Below, piece by piece: positions 28,081-41,925 of a DNA stretch of 64,000 nt (its first letter is position 1; every line of letters starts with the position of its first letter). The notes beneath the pieces are model-generated. The model saw only the letters and a program-made list of their open reading frames with translations, was not told the origin of the DNA and made no database searches. The position numbers and the translations under genes are program-made. Source of the DNA: Eledone cirrhosa (lineage: Eukaryota); NCBI GenBank assembly GCA_964016885.1, contig OZ024743.1:281170001-281234000 (forward strand), in the 5' to 3' direction.

Positions 28081-29035
28081 ACTTAGGATAACAGTAGCTA
28101 CCAACCTCTCTAGCGTAGATTTCTTAGACATTAATTTAGACCTTCGCACACACACCTACAGACCCTTCCATAAGCTAAACGAAAAACTCAATTACATTCA
28201 CAAGGACTCATACCACTCTCCCACTGTTTTTAAAAACTTCGTAAATAATATCAGTACTAGAATCTCAAACCTCTCCTCTAATAAGGCTATCTTTGACAGG
28301 GCGGCACCCTACTTTAACAGCGGCTTCTCGCAACCTATCACTTATTCTCCCACTATCAACAATAGCAATAAGAAAAGAAAGCGTAACAATAGACCAACTA
28401 TCTGGTTCTCTCCTCCCTTCTCACTCAACGTTAAAACCAATGTAGGCATAACATTTCTAGCCCTCTTAGATAGACACTTTCCCATAGGTCATAAATACCG
28501 CTCCATCTTTAACTGACACAAAGTTAAACTAGGATACTCCTGCGTTAAGAACATGAAAGCCCACATCACCAACAGCCCTAAGAGCAACACCCCACCAGGG
28601 TGCTCTTGCCGTAAGCCCGAAGCTTGTCTCCTTCAACAGCAATGCAACACACCCGCTGTAGTTTATGAAGCTGTGGTCACTTCCAACCGACCACATCAAC
28701 CACAGGAGGTCAAATCCTATGTGGGTATGGCGGAGGGCCAATTTAAGGAACGCTTCCTGAACCACCAGTCGACCTTTAGGTACCCGGACAGACGTTCATC
28801 TACGAATCTCGCGAGCCACGTATTCGTCCCTCAAGGACTCAAGTATAGACTACTCCATTCAATGGAAAGCCATCACTAAGTTCAAGCCATACGCAAGGAG
28901 CAGTCCGTCGTGTGGACTATGTATTGATGAACTAATAAATATTCTAAAGAGATTATACAATAGTGATTGCCTAAACACGAGAAATGAATTCTTCATACGT
29001 TGTCCACACGTCTGGAAACACCTCTTACATAACTA
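28081..29035 (+). pseudogene. PLE RT thumb + GIY-YIG endonuclease, disrupted
   Basis: ORFs 28004-28516 and 28553-28879 are in frame across a TGA; frameshift after LASHV. Confidence 0.8.
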
Positions 29036-29220
29036 CAAAGCTCCGGATTGAATTACAGCAACATCCTAATTTTTCTTATCAACTAGAAACTTTTCGGACT
29101 TTCGCAGTTATCTCCCTTACACCTCTCACACGCAATTTAGTATTGCCTGTGTGAAGTGATCGTTTCTGCGCATGCGCGTTCGTACAGTTGTCCTTCCTGT
29201 TCCGTATAACCATGCCCATT

Positions 29221-29260
29221 ACGAGCTGAGGATCCGCTAAGGTGAAACAATTGTTCTCGG
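29221..29260 (+). ncRNA. Minimal type I hammerhead ribozyme
   Basis: cgag-CTGAGGA-tccgctaaggt-GAAA-CAATTG-TT-ctcg. Confidence 0.75.
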
Positions 29261-29287
29261 TATGGTGAACTAACTGTTGTGTAACTA

Positions 29288-29331
<44 letters not shown>

Positions 29332-29335
<4 letters not shown>

Positions 29336-29531
29336 GTAAGGAACCAGATGGACTATAACGCACCAGAGTACTCAATACTTAGGGCAGTAGAGTGGGAAAT
29401 AGGAAAACAGTATGACCCCCGACGGCAGAGCTCAAGCCGTTTCGACGGCTATTTCTGGACTTTTTAGTCCAGAGTCCAGAAATAGCCGTCGAAATGGCTT
29501 GAGCTCTGCCGTCGGGGTCATACTTTTTCCT
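29332..29531 (-). mobile_element. Hairpin mini-element family A, copy 5
   Basis: Palindrome 29399-29533 plus reverse tail; inside (AT)n. Confidence 0.85.
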
Positions 29532-29542
29532 ATATATCTATA

Positions 29543-29591
<49 letters not shown>

Positions 29592-29595
<4 letters not shown>

Positions 29596-29800
29596 AAAAA
29601 TTGAACGGGAACAAAACAGAGAGGCAGTACGAACAAAGGTTTATTAGTTTCACGCTCTTGGGAGTGGGGTGGTGGTGGGGAACGACGTTTCGGGCATAAG
29701 CCCTTCTTCAGGTGAAAAGTGTGTGGGAAGAGAGTTCCAAGGGTGTGTAAGGGAGTGGTGGAGAGACATATAGAAAAAAGGGGGTGAGAGGAAACGGTAC
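29592..29800 (-). mobile_element. Family E pLTR-like fragment with HHR-like motif (related copies 44905-45050 and 61541-61670)
   Basis: Shared TATTAGTTTCACGC and minus-strand (C)TGAWGA-aggRcT..YCC-GAAA-CGT. Confidence 0.6.
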
Positions 29801-29871
29801 AAATGAAATGAAATGAAATTAAATTAAATTAAATTAAATATATATATATCTAGGTGAGAAATTATAAAAAT

Positions 29872-30050
29872 AATTGTTTCTATTTTTGGCACAAGGCCAG
29901 CAATTAACCAGTGTATTACTGGTACTTTATTTTATCGACCCCATAAGGATGAAAAGCAAAGTTAACCTCGGCGGGATTTGTACTCAGAATGGCAAGGGCC
30001 GTAACTCTATGCGTCAAAGCATTGCGACCGACCCTCTACCGATACTGCCA
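29872..30050 (-). mobile_element. tRNA-derived SINE family 1
   Basis: Reverse complement of the consensus. Confidence 0.8.
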
Positions 30051-30840
30051 ATAATAAAACCAAAACAGACAGACATACACACACAATGAATACACAGGAA
30101 ATAATAGATCTGAAAGAATTTTGTCTGCTGTTTCCATTCTTAAATCTACTACGATATTCTAGATTCTTGTCTTAATTAATTGTCTTTGAGAAATTTCTAT
30201 CCTTCCAGTTCTACCAACAATGAAGAAACATAACCTGACATTTCTTCTTCTTCTTCTTCTTTTTCTTCTTCTTCTTCTTCTTCTTCTTCTTCTTCTTCTT
30301 CTTCTTCTTCTACTACTACTACTACTACTACGTCTTTTTCTTCTACTACTACTACTACTACGTCTTTTTCTTCTACTTTTTCTTTTTCTTTACCGTCTTT
30401 TTTTTTCTTTCTTCTTCTTCATCTTCTCCTCCTCCTTCTTTCCTCATCTACTCCTCCATTTTCTCCTACACCTTCTTACACTTCTTTTTCTTCTGCTCTT
30501 CCTTCTTTATTTCTTCATCTTCCTCCGTCTCCTCCTTTTCCTTCCAATCCTTCTTCTTCTTCCCTGTATATATCTTATACCATACCTTACTGTTCTGTTC
30601 TATTCTACTAAACCCCACGGAAATTCTTCATGGCGAATTTATTCCTTGTCTAGTAATGATCTACACACCACAGGGGCAGCAATAATAGAAAAATTACAGA
30701 AGAAAAGAAAATGAGAAAAAAAACTCTATTGGGTCAAATGATCTTGGTCACGTGATGACCGTGGCGTAAAAACTTCACATCGTTTGCCTGAGGTGGCTGT
30801 AAGTAATTAGTGCCGCGACAGACTTTACATGCGCCATTGT

Positions 30841-30900
<60 letters not shown>

Positions 30901-30904
<4 letters not shown>

Positions 30905-31560
30905 CGAAATTTCATTTCTCACTCTTAGTACGGCTGATACCTAAATATAAGTATGTATACGTACATACATATATGTGTACCGAACATTTATTATAAACAA
31001 ACAAACCGAACATTATAATAAATGTTCGGTAAACCCATACGTACATATATATATGTGTGTGCATGTATGTATATATATACATACTACTGTGCGTCTTTAC
31101 ACATATATGTATGTACGTATACATACTTATATTTAGGTACCAGCCGTACTAAGAGTGAGAAATGAAATTTCGTTTCATTCTTTTCCATTTATCGTTTTCG
31201 GTGCGCCCGGCCGACTAACTCACTCGATATGCAAATTAGGCTGCTCAGCCGTTAATATGCATAAGGAAAGTATATACTTTCAGACGTTCAATCATCTGAC
31301 AGAAAGGTATACGATGCTGACGATAGCTAATAAGTTTGAAACTAGTACATCGTTCCTGTGTCAGTGTTGAACAAAAGGGCGACGATGGTTGCCGAGCACT
31401 GTACGGTGTAATTCGGGCTGTTTGTTTACAAACAAACCGAACATTATAATAAATGTTCGGTAAACCCATACGTACATATATATAAATATGTGTGCATGTA
31501 TGTATATATATACATACTACTGTGCGTCTGTACACATATGTGTATGTACGTATACATACT

Positions 31561-31562
<2 letters not shown>
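30901..31562 (+). mobile_element. Non-autonomous HHR-bearing element with a direct terminal duplication and an inverted 5' segment
   Basis: 30996-31130 repeated at 31428-31562; 30901-30979 is the reverse complement of 31098-31177; (AT)n flanks. Confidence 0.65.
31311..31353 (+). ncRNA. Minimal type I hammerhead ribozyme
   Basis: acgatg-CTGACGA-tagctaataagttt-GAAA-CTAG-TA-catcgt. Confidence 0.75.
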
Positions 31563-31621
<59 letters not shown>

Positions 31622-32599
31622 CTGTGTGTGTGTGTGTAGTTTTATTTAATTCCATTCCGTATAGAACTATTTATTTATATGCCTGTATATATATGTATGA
31701 AAGTATGTGTTGGTATGTATATATACATACATATAACTATTTATATATATATATATTTATATGTGTGTGTGTGTGTGTGCTTTGTTTTATTATTTTTATA
31801 TGACACACATATTGTATGCATGCATATGTGTGTCTATCTGTGTGTGGAGACGATCCATACGAAAGGCTGATGTTCTGGTAGCGGTTGAAGGTCAACATTA
31901 TTCAAACGATAACAAATTAGATTGGGAAATTAAATAATTAGTTAGTTAATTAATTGAGTATTTAATTAACTAATTACTAATTAATTAATTCAAAACCCGC
32001 ACTATTTTTCCTTAACGTCAGCTAATTAGGGATCAGGTGTTCGTAAGAGTCTCTTTTCATAATATTAGGGTTTCATAAGTTAGTGGACATTGTGACGTAA
32101 TGTTAGTGGAAGGGTGGTTGTGGTGGTAGTGGCCTAGGCGGCGGCGGTGGCGGTATGGTGGTGGTGGTGGTGATCATCTAGGTAGTGTATTTCTTTGTTA
32201 GAAATAACAGCTAAATCTCCCTCAAATCACATCCTACCGTCTAAAAAAATGGTACAATAGATTATTTATTCCTGAATACTCTATGATTAAGGCTGGAGGA
32301 TCGTGGTTGGAATGTCTTTCATCATAGTTCTATTCAATCAAAGATAACCTATAGTCCCACAATAACAATAACAGCATATAGGTATCGCTTATACTCAATC
32401 TGCTTTCAAATGCCTGGCTTTCTCCCAACGTAAGGAATCATTATACTAAGATTTATATAACGATGATGTGGTAACGGTGGTAATGGCTGATGTTGACGAT
32501 TTCACAAGCTAAAGAGTGGTGGGCCCAAAAATTATGTAAAATATCTAAAGAGCATTTAAATAAAGTTATTCTCTATAAAACAAAATATATTTAGAATTG

Positions 32600-33750
32600 T
32601 CAAAGAATTTAGAACGAAATTAGATGAACAACTGGACGTTATATAATCAACCATCAGGTTTTCAACTTTTGAAGTATGAACATAAATCTGGCTATATGAA
32701 GAAGAAGAAAAACAGAACCTATATAGTTCAGTCAAACATCTTTCAATGGTTACTCTTGAGATTTTATTGATGGCCATTGCAAAGCAGAGTCTATCAAGGA
32801 ATTGAATCTTTTGAAATTCAAATAGCAAATATGTTTACCACAGTTGTTTTCTGGGAATGAAACAGCTGTCACCAAAACTTTTCCTGACATGATTGTAAAT
32901 TCCAGGACATGGGGCATCATATTCTTGATGGTTAGTCGTGTGATTTTGAAAAGTATTAAAGATTTTAGTTTACGAATGCTTATGATTGATGCTCCAAATA
33001 GCTGCATTAGATTATGTGGAGATTGCCTTTATTAGTTAAAGGCTGCCCAGAAATTCGATTGGAAAACTTATAACTAGGTAGGAGGGACAGACTAGTGATT
33101 TGTAACAGCTTTTCTCTTTGAGTAGCATGTCCAATAAATATTCTTCTGTTAATTCTCTCACAGCAACATTTTTTGGTGCTAAAATTGCTCATTCGCAGGG
33201 ATATTTAGGATCAAATTATTAGATGTAATTGTTTGGAAATATTTTGGCAATCAGTTTTTGTTCTGTTTGAATTATCTGATCAAAAAACGCTTGAACATGG
33301 TTATTGGACTCCCTTTCACGAGTTCCTTTTTCTACTCCAGATAGTTGGATAGCTTTATCGCCATTCAAGTGTACTCGCATTTTGTGGGTAACGCTATTCG
33401 CTGAACGTGGGCTCAGAAATAAAACGTTTTAGACAGGTATTGATCTAATCAGCTTGAGTCCCTAACGAATCACAAGCAGAATTTGTCTAAAAGCAGCAGC
33501 AAAGGCTATGGTTATCCTCCAATTATCCACGTAATGTGCTTTAAATCATGCATTGTCCGATTCAAAGGTTTAAATATCATGGTTTGTTTACCAAAAGATT
33601 ACTAGTGCTGTCTGTATTTCTTCATCTGGCATCTGGGAGTCTTGGTGTTAAAAGTTGATCCCAGAGTAGATAAGGTAGATCAATTTTGCTGGCAGTGAGC
33701 ATAATAGCCAACAGCTGACTATTTGCCTTGCAGATATTTTACCCAGGCGG
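32600..33750 (-). pseudogene. Helitron Pif1-like helicase remnant
   Basis: GASIISIRKL..TRLTIKNMMPHVLEFTIMSG and FEFQKIQFLDRLCFAMAINK..CFS..SQIYV..SKV match the Pif1/RepHel QFPVRLAFAMTINKSQGQ..FSHGQLYVA.SRV region. Confidence 0.7.
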
Positions 33751-35067
33751 ACACTGAATTGATGACTCCACAAATCAGAAAAAGTACATAACTAAAGAAC
33801 GCATGAAAATGTTTCGTCCAACACGCCACTGATTCTGCCAGTCAACACCCTAGTAGTGAATAAAACAAAAACTGCAACAGCCAACTAATTTTTACCGGGT
33901 AGGTAGGGTTCACAAAGAACTGAAATTTGCCTCATAGTCGGGGAAGAAAAATGCCATCCGCGTGGCAATTACTTACGACTCTTAAAAAAGGAAAATGATA
34001 TTAGAAATTAGGAATCAATTCAGTTTTCATGCTTAGGATAGCCATCAAAGCGAGAGATGCGGACATGTTTCTTTAGTATTAGCCCTCAACTACCCAATTT
34101 TTACATGGCGAAAATTTACAAAAATTTAAATTTGACAGCTGCAGACATATTTATTAGACTTCATCAATCCTGCTTTAGTCCGGTGGTGGTTTGGGTAGTG
34201 GTCTTGAAAATAGATGCCAGATTATTATAATTTTCTTTTTTTATAATGAAAAAACTTACAGAAAGGCGTCTCGCGTCACGTGTATTCGAAAGTCGGCACC
34301 CAGCCGTGGCATCCGTTCGTGGCGGCCAGGCACGTGACAATAGAAAACACAAACTGTGTTGCCACACCCACCTTACTGAAGACTACTTAACTATGAATAT
34401 CGGCAGATCATAACAAAATTGTATCCAGCAAATTTAAACACACACCCACTTCTGTTAATAATTTATCATATTAGTTACTGTAGTCGTCATGACTTGTACT
34501 GGAGCATTGCCCTTTCAGCAACCTTAACTATGGAACGAAAAGTATTTATCGGTGTATAAGGCGCAAATTTTTACTCCATAATTCGACGTCAAAATCTTCT
34601 CGCGTCTTATACACCGAATAAATATATAACGTTTTCCACACCTTTTCTTCCAAAATAATGAGGTGTCTCATACAAAGGTGCCTCTTATATTCCGAAAAAT
34701 AAGGCAATCAAAATCTTTAATGAATCCAATCAAGCATTGCGTGTAAATAATTCTTAGCGTCTAGTACCACATGAAACCACATTAACAAAATGATCCTGGA
34801 AAGTATACTACAGCACTATGGCTACATCACATTAGAACTTAAAGTCTTTAAACCAATACTGCAAATTTCCGTAGTACGCTGTCCGCAAGTTAACATACAA
34901 TACACATTTTCATTAACAAACCTTTTTTTAGATATCTTCTGCAAAATCATTACTTGGTGTAAAGAATTATTACGTAACAAAATCGGAGATGTAATCGAAA
35001 TTAGTAACATTATGAAATAATTTCAAGTGTTATGAGATCGAAGACATAATCAAAACCTTTAACATAA

Positions 35068-35281
35068 TAGTTTCTGATTTAGGCACAAGGCCAACAATTG
35101 GGGCGGAGGAGTCGATTAAATCGACTCTAGTGTATTACTGGTACTTTATTTTATTGAGCTCGGAAGGATGAAAGGCAAAGTTAACCTTGGCGGGATTTGA
35201 ACTAAGAACATAAAGGATTATAACAATATGCCGCAAAACATGTTGTCTGACGCTCTACCGATACTGCCAGCCCACCGCCCT
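35068..35281 (-). mobile_element. tRNA-derived SINE family 1 (a further degraded copy at ~35410-35585)
   Basis: Reverse complement of the consensus. Confidence 0.75.
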
Positions 35282-35668
35282 CAAAACATTTAACATAATG
35301 AAATAAGTTCGGATGTTAAATTTTGGGACGAAATCAAAGACATAATCGATATTTTTTACGTACTGGAACAATTTTATGAAGATCTATAAAGTTATCCATC
35401 AAAATAATGGCTTCGAATATTGGCGCAAGACCAGCAATTTAGGCAGGGGTGTCGGTTACATCACCCTCAATATTTAACGGGTACTTTATTTTACCGACCT
35501 CAGTGGGATTTGATTTCAGAACGAAAAGAACGAAAATAAATGCCGTAAAGTATTTTGGTCGATGCACTAACGATTCTGCCAGCCTACCGATCTTGTGCAT
35601 AAAAATAATTGCTTATTTTATTTTTTTATTTATATATTTATTATTAAATTCACCATGGCACTTGGCCC

Positions 35669-35792
<124 letters not shown>

Positions 35793-35899
35793 TCCCTCTC
35801 TCTCTATCTCTTTGACCTGTTTTTCCTGGCGCTCAGCGCTCTGGGTTCAAATCCTGCCTAGTTTAATTTTGCCTTTCATGTTTTCAACCTCTCCTGCTC

Positions 35900-36265
35900 A
35901 TTATTTCCATGAACAGGATTGATATACGCAGCTCAGTTGGAAGTAGTTTCATGACTGGCAGGAATATTATCACTCGGCTGGAGTTTGCATATGACATGAT
36001 ATTACTGAACTCAACAGAAAGTGATCTCCGACTTGCACTTGATAGGACAAAGCCAACCGGCAGTTGATAATACAAAACCAAGTGGCAGGAGACCCAGTGG
36101 TAGACCCGAGCAAGATGATTGGATAATATCCATGAGCTAAGTTGGTCTCGTTTGGGGATCCAGCCGGGTCTGTTGGAGACGTTTGCTTCTGACAGTATCC
36201 ACTGGAAGGAGTGTTTCAGGACTTTGCCCCTGCGACCCCCTCAGGAATAAGTGGGCGAAGATGTT
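35900..36265 (+). pseudogene. RTE-type LINE 3' fragment
   Basis: RLEFAYD (LRW.GH-like), GRRPSGRPRAR; similar to the reverse complement of 10030-10200. Confidence 0.5.
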
Positions 36266-37669
36266 TTCAAGGTCGATTAAAGTACCATTCCAGTACTGGA
36301 GTTGATTCTTCTCTCTCCCTTTCCCTCTCCCTCTTCTTTTCTCTCTTCTTCGCTCTCTCTCTCTTCTCTCTCTCTCCCTCTTTTAACGCTCTCTTTCTCC
36401 CCCCTTCTCTCTCTCTCCCTCTTTTTTCGCTCTCTTTCTCCCCTTTCACTCTCTCTCTCCGTCTTATTCGCTCTCTTTCTCCTCCTTCTCTCTGAATCTG
36501 CTAGGTTGCACCGTGAGAAGTTTCGTGTGAGTTGAGATCCCTCACATCATCCATTTTTCAAAAACATTTTTAAAAAATCACATGCTTCTGAAACCGTCCA
36601 CGGAGGGCCCAACGTGCGACACCGACTGAAAATATAATGCGAGAATACAAAATACCACAATGCACTCCATCCGTTGCCCTGTCGATTCCGCCATCTTTTA
36701 GGAAGATACGTACGTAAAGGACGGAGAGAATAGAGATGTGTTACTCCTGTGTACAGAGTCTATGCTAGGGTATTTACCGCCCTGGTTTAGCTCGATAATG
36801 TGTGCCCCTTTCTCTCATTTATACGCCCCATTCTCCCAAATAGAATAATTTTAACTTAGAGTTTGGTAAGCTGATGAGTCTAGTTTTTCATACTTATTGC
36901 TCTGACCACACTAAAAAAATTACTGAACCTGCATTTCCCAATGCACAGTTCACACTCACCCACGCCAAATCAAGTAACAGTAATGACATCATATAACTCT
37001 TTTCACTGCTTTGGATATTTCCACAAAACAGCGAAGTGGTTTAGCTATCTATTTTATTTAATAACCGCATGAAATTAATATATATATAATTTAATTATGC
37101 AAATATGTTTCAAACTTTAATGTTCAGTAACTCTTTTAGTCTTTTACTCTTTTACCTGTTCCAGCCATCCGGCTGAGGCTATGCTGGGGCACCGCCCTTG
37201 AAAATATAAGCACGAGTATCTTATGAAAATATTAGCACGTGTATCTTAAGGTCTCCGATCTCAGCGGCAGCCATGTTTGCTTTCATGGTAGCGCCGGATT
37301 TTTTCATGAATGTCCCCTCAGGCATTAGAAATATATTTGGAGTGTTACAGTTGTTTGGGTAATGGTACAGCCTCTTCATGAAATTAACATATAAGTGGTT
37401 AAGCACGCCACAGAGACGTATATCATCGCAATACTTCTCGAGGAAATTAAACCAACGACAAGGCTTACCTTTTAAATTTCAGGTACAGTCAATCCAACGG
37501 TCTTCCACACAGTCTCTGTCTCCCAATTTCACTCACAAAACATGGGCCGATCCGAGGCTATGATAAATGACACTTGACCCAAGATACCATACAATGGGAT
37601 TGAACCCGTGACCTAACGATTGCGAAGGGAACTTCTTAACTATTCGAGCGTGCTGTGTCCAGACAGACA

Positions 37670-37851
<182 letters not shown>

Positions 37852-37994
37852 CACACGCAATACACATGTGCACACACACAATCACGTGTGAGAACACACA
37901 TACACAAATATGCTTGTTTGCATAGAAACACACTCGTAAAAATAAATACACACACATACGCCTGTGTCGCTTGTGTGTTGTATATATATATATA

Positions 37995-38035
<41 letters not shown>

Positions 38036-38044
38036 CATGCATAC

Positions 38045-38200
38045 ATGGTGGCTGCCAACTCGTTTTCGAGTACGGCCACTACTTTATATCCATGTAGGAG
38101 AACCCCTACCGATGCGCTGAACGAGTGTGACTTTTTAGTCCAGCCAGCGACTTGAAAACTCTGGTACAAACACTACACTTGTGACAATTATTGACACAGT
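38045..38200 (-). pseudogene. LINE 3' end with C2H2-like motif
   Basis: HKCSVCTRVFKSLAGLKSHTRSAHR* followed by a short UTR and a (TATG)n tail. Confidence 0.45.
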
Positions 38201-39175
38201 GCTGGGCCCATGGTACCATGTGACAACAAGTGCAGAGAGATCTCCAGATATAAAGCAATGCCTGTGCTGTGAAGCTTTTATAGTGAGCAAAGGCACTGCA
38301 CAAAGCCAGTCCCACTCTCTTAACCAAGATGATATTTACCAAAAAGAAGAACAAGTCAACATCATTGGATACCATCAGGGTTGCAGATGTTATATTAGAG
38401 TTTTCCTTCTCCTAGAATTCAGCCTTGACAAAGGCTAAGGGGTCATCTCTCCCGGTGATTTTGGATGGTCATTGACTCTTAAGAGCTCCTTTGCCCTTTG
38501 ACAGGTTTTGTTTTTAGTCCTGCAGGATGTCCAAAGTCACCCTCCTCACCAAGAAACCTTAGTGGGGTTGCCAGTTTAGTCGCCAACGACCCGACCATGG
38601 GACAGGTTGTACTGGGATACATGTTACCAGTAGCAATAACTGGTGACCTGGCATACATACATACATACATATATATATATACATATACATACATACATAC
38701 ATGCATACATACATACATACATACATACATACATACATACACACATACACGGGCATGCAAACAAACACATGTACTCACATGCGCAGTTACACTAGTATAA
38801 ACACGGTGTGCATACACACACGCGTGCGCGTGCAAACACGGGTGCATATACATTTAGATATATAAACATGCGTGCATACACACGCGTGTGCAAGTGCATA
38901 CAAACACGCACATGTATTGCCAAACGCGCTCACGTATACAAAAGAGCTCATGCATACAAACACATACTCGCACACGTGCCGACGCATGTATAAAAACACA
39001 CGCATACACACACATACGAACACATATGCATATTGCCTATGCAACACATTCATATACATAAACGGGCACATATACCCATGCAAACACATACATACATAAC
39101 ATATATACATGCATGCATACATATAGGCATACATACATAATACATGCATGCATACATACATACATACATACATAC

Positions 39176-39206
<31 letters not shown>

Positions 39207-39220
39207 CATACATACATACA

Positions 39221-39251
<31 letters not shown>

Positions 39252-39425
39252 GTACAAACATACACACGCACACATGCTCATGCAAGCACAAACATTCAGG
39301 CTTAATCATGCGCATAGATACACATATGCATATACACACACACACACGTGGATCCACACATACATGAATACACATGCATGTGTTCGCATAGAAATGACAG
39401 CTATCAATCAAACAAAGAGAAAAAC

Positions 39426-39458
<33 letters not shown>

Positions 39459-39699
39459 CATACATACATACATACATGAATAAATACATACATACATACA
39501 TACATACATACATACATACATACATACATACATACATACATACATACATACATACATACATACATACATACAAAGGTTATGGCACAAAGGATTGGATGGG
39601 TGCGAAGGAAAGTGTGCATTCTGTAAGATAAATTTGTTATCATATTTCTTATAAGCTGAAAATTTCACTCACCGATACTCCGAGTTACACATTTCCGTC

Positions 39700-40230
39700 T
39701 TCAAATCATATGGGGAAAACCCAATGAGTATCTATTTTTCATAAATGAAGCCTCCAACCAGTTACCCAGTATATTACACAACTTGGTCCCAGCATTGTTA
39801 AGGGTGCAGTCCACCTGTGACTTTCTTCCACTTATGTCAGAGACAAATGTCCAGAGCTTGCCCTTTTCTTCTGGAACCTATTGTTTGAGATAACCATATT
39901 GGTTTCTAATCCATTGTCCAGGAGTAAGTGGCCATTGCTGTTGGTATGTTTGTGAAATGTGAACGAACCATCTTTTGTTCCAATGTGTGCATTACAGTCA
40001 CCAAGTAAGAGTGTCATGTTTTAAGTGAGCACTGAGCGAATTACCACGGCAAGATTATTGTAGCATTTCTCCGCATCCTGAGTTGAGCCTTCAACTGGAG
40101 CATATTGCACCATGACTGTAGCAGCTGGATTCCCACCAAAGCCCCAGCATTAGTAAACAGTTATCTGCACTGACTACAAATGAGGCCACATTTAGAAATG
40201 CATTCCAGCATTAATACACTGTGGCGTCAA
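39700..40230 (-). pseudogene. LINE APE endonuclease remnant
   Basis: LLLGDCNAHIG..NSNGHLLLD..NMVISNNRFQKK. Confidence 0.65.
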
Positions 40231-40599
40231 TAAAGAGAGAAGATACACGTCAAGCATCAATAATTTGAGTGATAAGACGAGAGGAAAATGGTAAAATCTT
40301 ATAGTGTGATCCTGCTTGAATTTAACCATAAAGACTAGCCTAACTCGAGATTAAATAAATAATTATTTATTCATAAATTTGGTTTAAAAACCATTGATGA
40401 TTACATAAATATGAAAAAGAACGATAAAAGCAAAATTTAGTAATGAGAAAATGGAGAAGGTATAAAGAAGGGCAGATCTGATTGTATGGGAAAGTAGAAG
40501 AAAGGACTATAAAAGCCCTACATGAGAGGTAAAGAAGAAGAAAAGCAACGGTTCTAGGGCCACAGAAGAAAAGAGGGACAAGGGGAGAGGGTGATGGGC

Positions 40600-40822
40600 T
40601 CTGGGCCTAGGGCGTGGTAGTGTTGGGGCTGTGCCCCGCAGACAAAACTGCAAAAGTATTTCCGCGGACAATGTCCAGTGACAGCCGCTGTAACCGCCAA
40701 CCCACTTCATTGGGCTCCATCGTTAAACGGGCTACCGACGTTCCGATCTTCTGGAGGAGCTCGGCAGTATGGAGTCCGAGGACGCCTGAGGTCTCGACGG
40801 CGACCGAAGCGTATATATCAAG
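40600..40822 (-). pseudogene. CRE-like non-LTR retrotransposon C-terminus
   Basis: VAVETSGVLG..ELLQKIG..EPNEVGWRLQRLSLDIVRGN. Confidence 0.6.
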
Positions 40823-41364
40823 TTAATTTATCATTTTCTGGTGAATCACAGATATCACGAGATACTTAATAGTTGTCAAAGTTAGCATTTCTGCATCTAA
40901 GAATTTCGCAGCTAGCATTAGAAGTCATAATACTATAAGGATTACTGGAAATAACAATTCGAGTACAGCACCTACTTGCAACTAAGTTAACTCTGGTAAC
41001 TATCCAGTTGATGGTAGAAATTTGTACCACTAAAATTCATCTCAGGGACAAATCCCCACATACAACCTTCATCGGACTCAATAAAAACTGTTTCAAATCA
41101 CGAATGTATCAGTACTAGCAGAAAAACCACCCGAAGGGTGGTTTTCTGCTAGCATGTGTAGTGTGCATATTGATATTATACGTAAGTATATATGCATGTA
41201 GATATGATACATCAAATAACATAGTAATTGACAATGTACACAGAAATTGAACGAAGACTACGTTACACTCTCTTATGTAATCAGTAACGTAATCCATGAT
41301 ACATTTAAAAAAAGACGATATTATACATAAACTGCATTTGGAGAAAATTAGTGACGGAAATATT

Positions 41365-41577
41365 TTTTCTAAGGCGGGTAAAATTCCCGAGATCCATGGA
41401 CGAGTTCTCTCCAGCGGTCTCTGTCCCTCATTATCGCTGCCATGTCCTGCGTCTCCAACAGACCAGTGTCTGTCCTTAGGGCATCAACATACGTTAACCT
41501 GGGTCTTCCTCTTCTAGTGTGTCCATGTAGGGGCTCCCAAAGGAGCACTGAGTGCAATGTCAACTCTGGATGACGGA
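41365..41577 (-). pseudogene. RTE/RTEX LINE 3' end
   Basis: LLWEPLHGHTRRGRPRLTYVDALRTDTGL..MRDRDRWR. Confidence 0.65.
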
Positions 41578-41737
41578 AATATATGAATGTTTATTTAAGC
41601 GATCGCTAGCTGGAAGTGTTGACATTTGAAAATTTTTTAAAGAAGTGATCTTTAAATAAACAATAAAATATATTTAATCAACAGCTACGAAATTTCGTAG
41701 ATAAATAATGTAATATTCATTCATTATTTATTCAAAT

Positions 41738-41925
41738 TGGTGGATGGCAGTATCGGTAAAGGGTCTGACGCCCTGCTTTGCAGCAAAGAGTTACGGCCCT
41801 TGCCATTCTGAGTTCAAATCCCGCCGAGGTTAACTTTGCCTTTCATCCTTACGGGGTCGATAAAATAAAGTACCAGTAATACACTGGGATAATTGGTGGC
41901 CTTGTGCCAAAAGTAGAAACAATTA
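41738..41925 (+). mobile_element. tRNA-derived SINE family 1
   Basis: Same consensus. Confidence 0.8.

Larger units (their letters stand above)
27469..29290 (+). mobile_element. Second PLE family: 5'-truncated copy (28081-29290, +) fused to an inverted copy of its own 3' end (27469-28080, -)
   Basis: DFLDINLDL..YRPFHK..YIH, IWFSPPFS, CSCRKPEAC, VVYEAVV..SYVGMAEG.FKERFLNH. 27545-28080 is the reverse complement of ~28725-29290. (AT)n on both sides. Confidence 0.88.

Noticed and set aside
28514-28516. In-frame TGA in the second PLE family as selenocysteine
   Set aside because: Aligns with Arg/Lys (LNRS/FNKY) in the paralogs, so it is most likely a CGA to TGA mutation.
34540-34705. Possible pogo/Tigger-like MITE; also a mariner-like end at ~16268-16370
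   Set aside because: Inverted repeats are too degraded to define ends confidently.
36870-36930. Isolated CTGATGA matches (also ~49470 -, ~57188 +, ~60150 +)
   Set aside because: No properly placed GAAA, stem III and stem I, so they were not counted as hammerheads.
37250-37358. Possible small host exon (AG..GT bounded, open frame)
   Set aside because: No polypyrimidine tract, no recognisable homology and no partner exons; needs RNA-seq.
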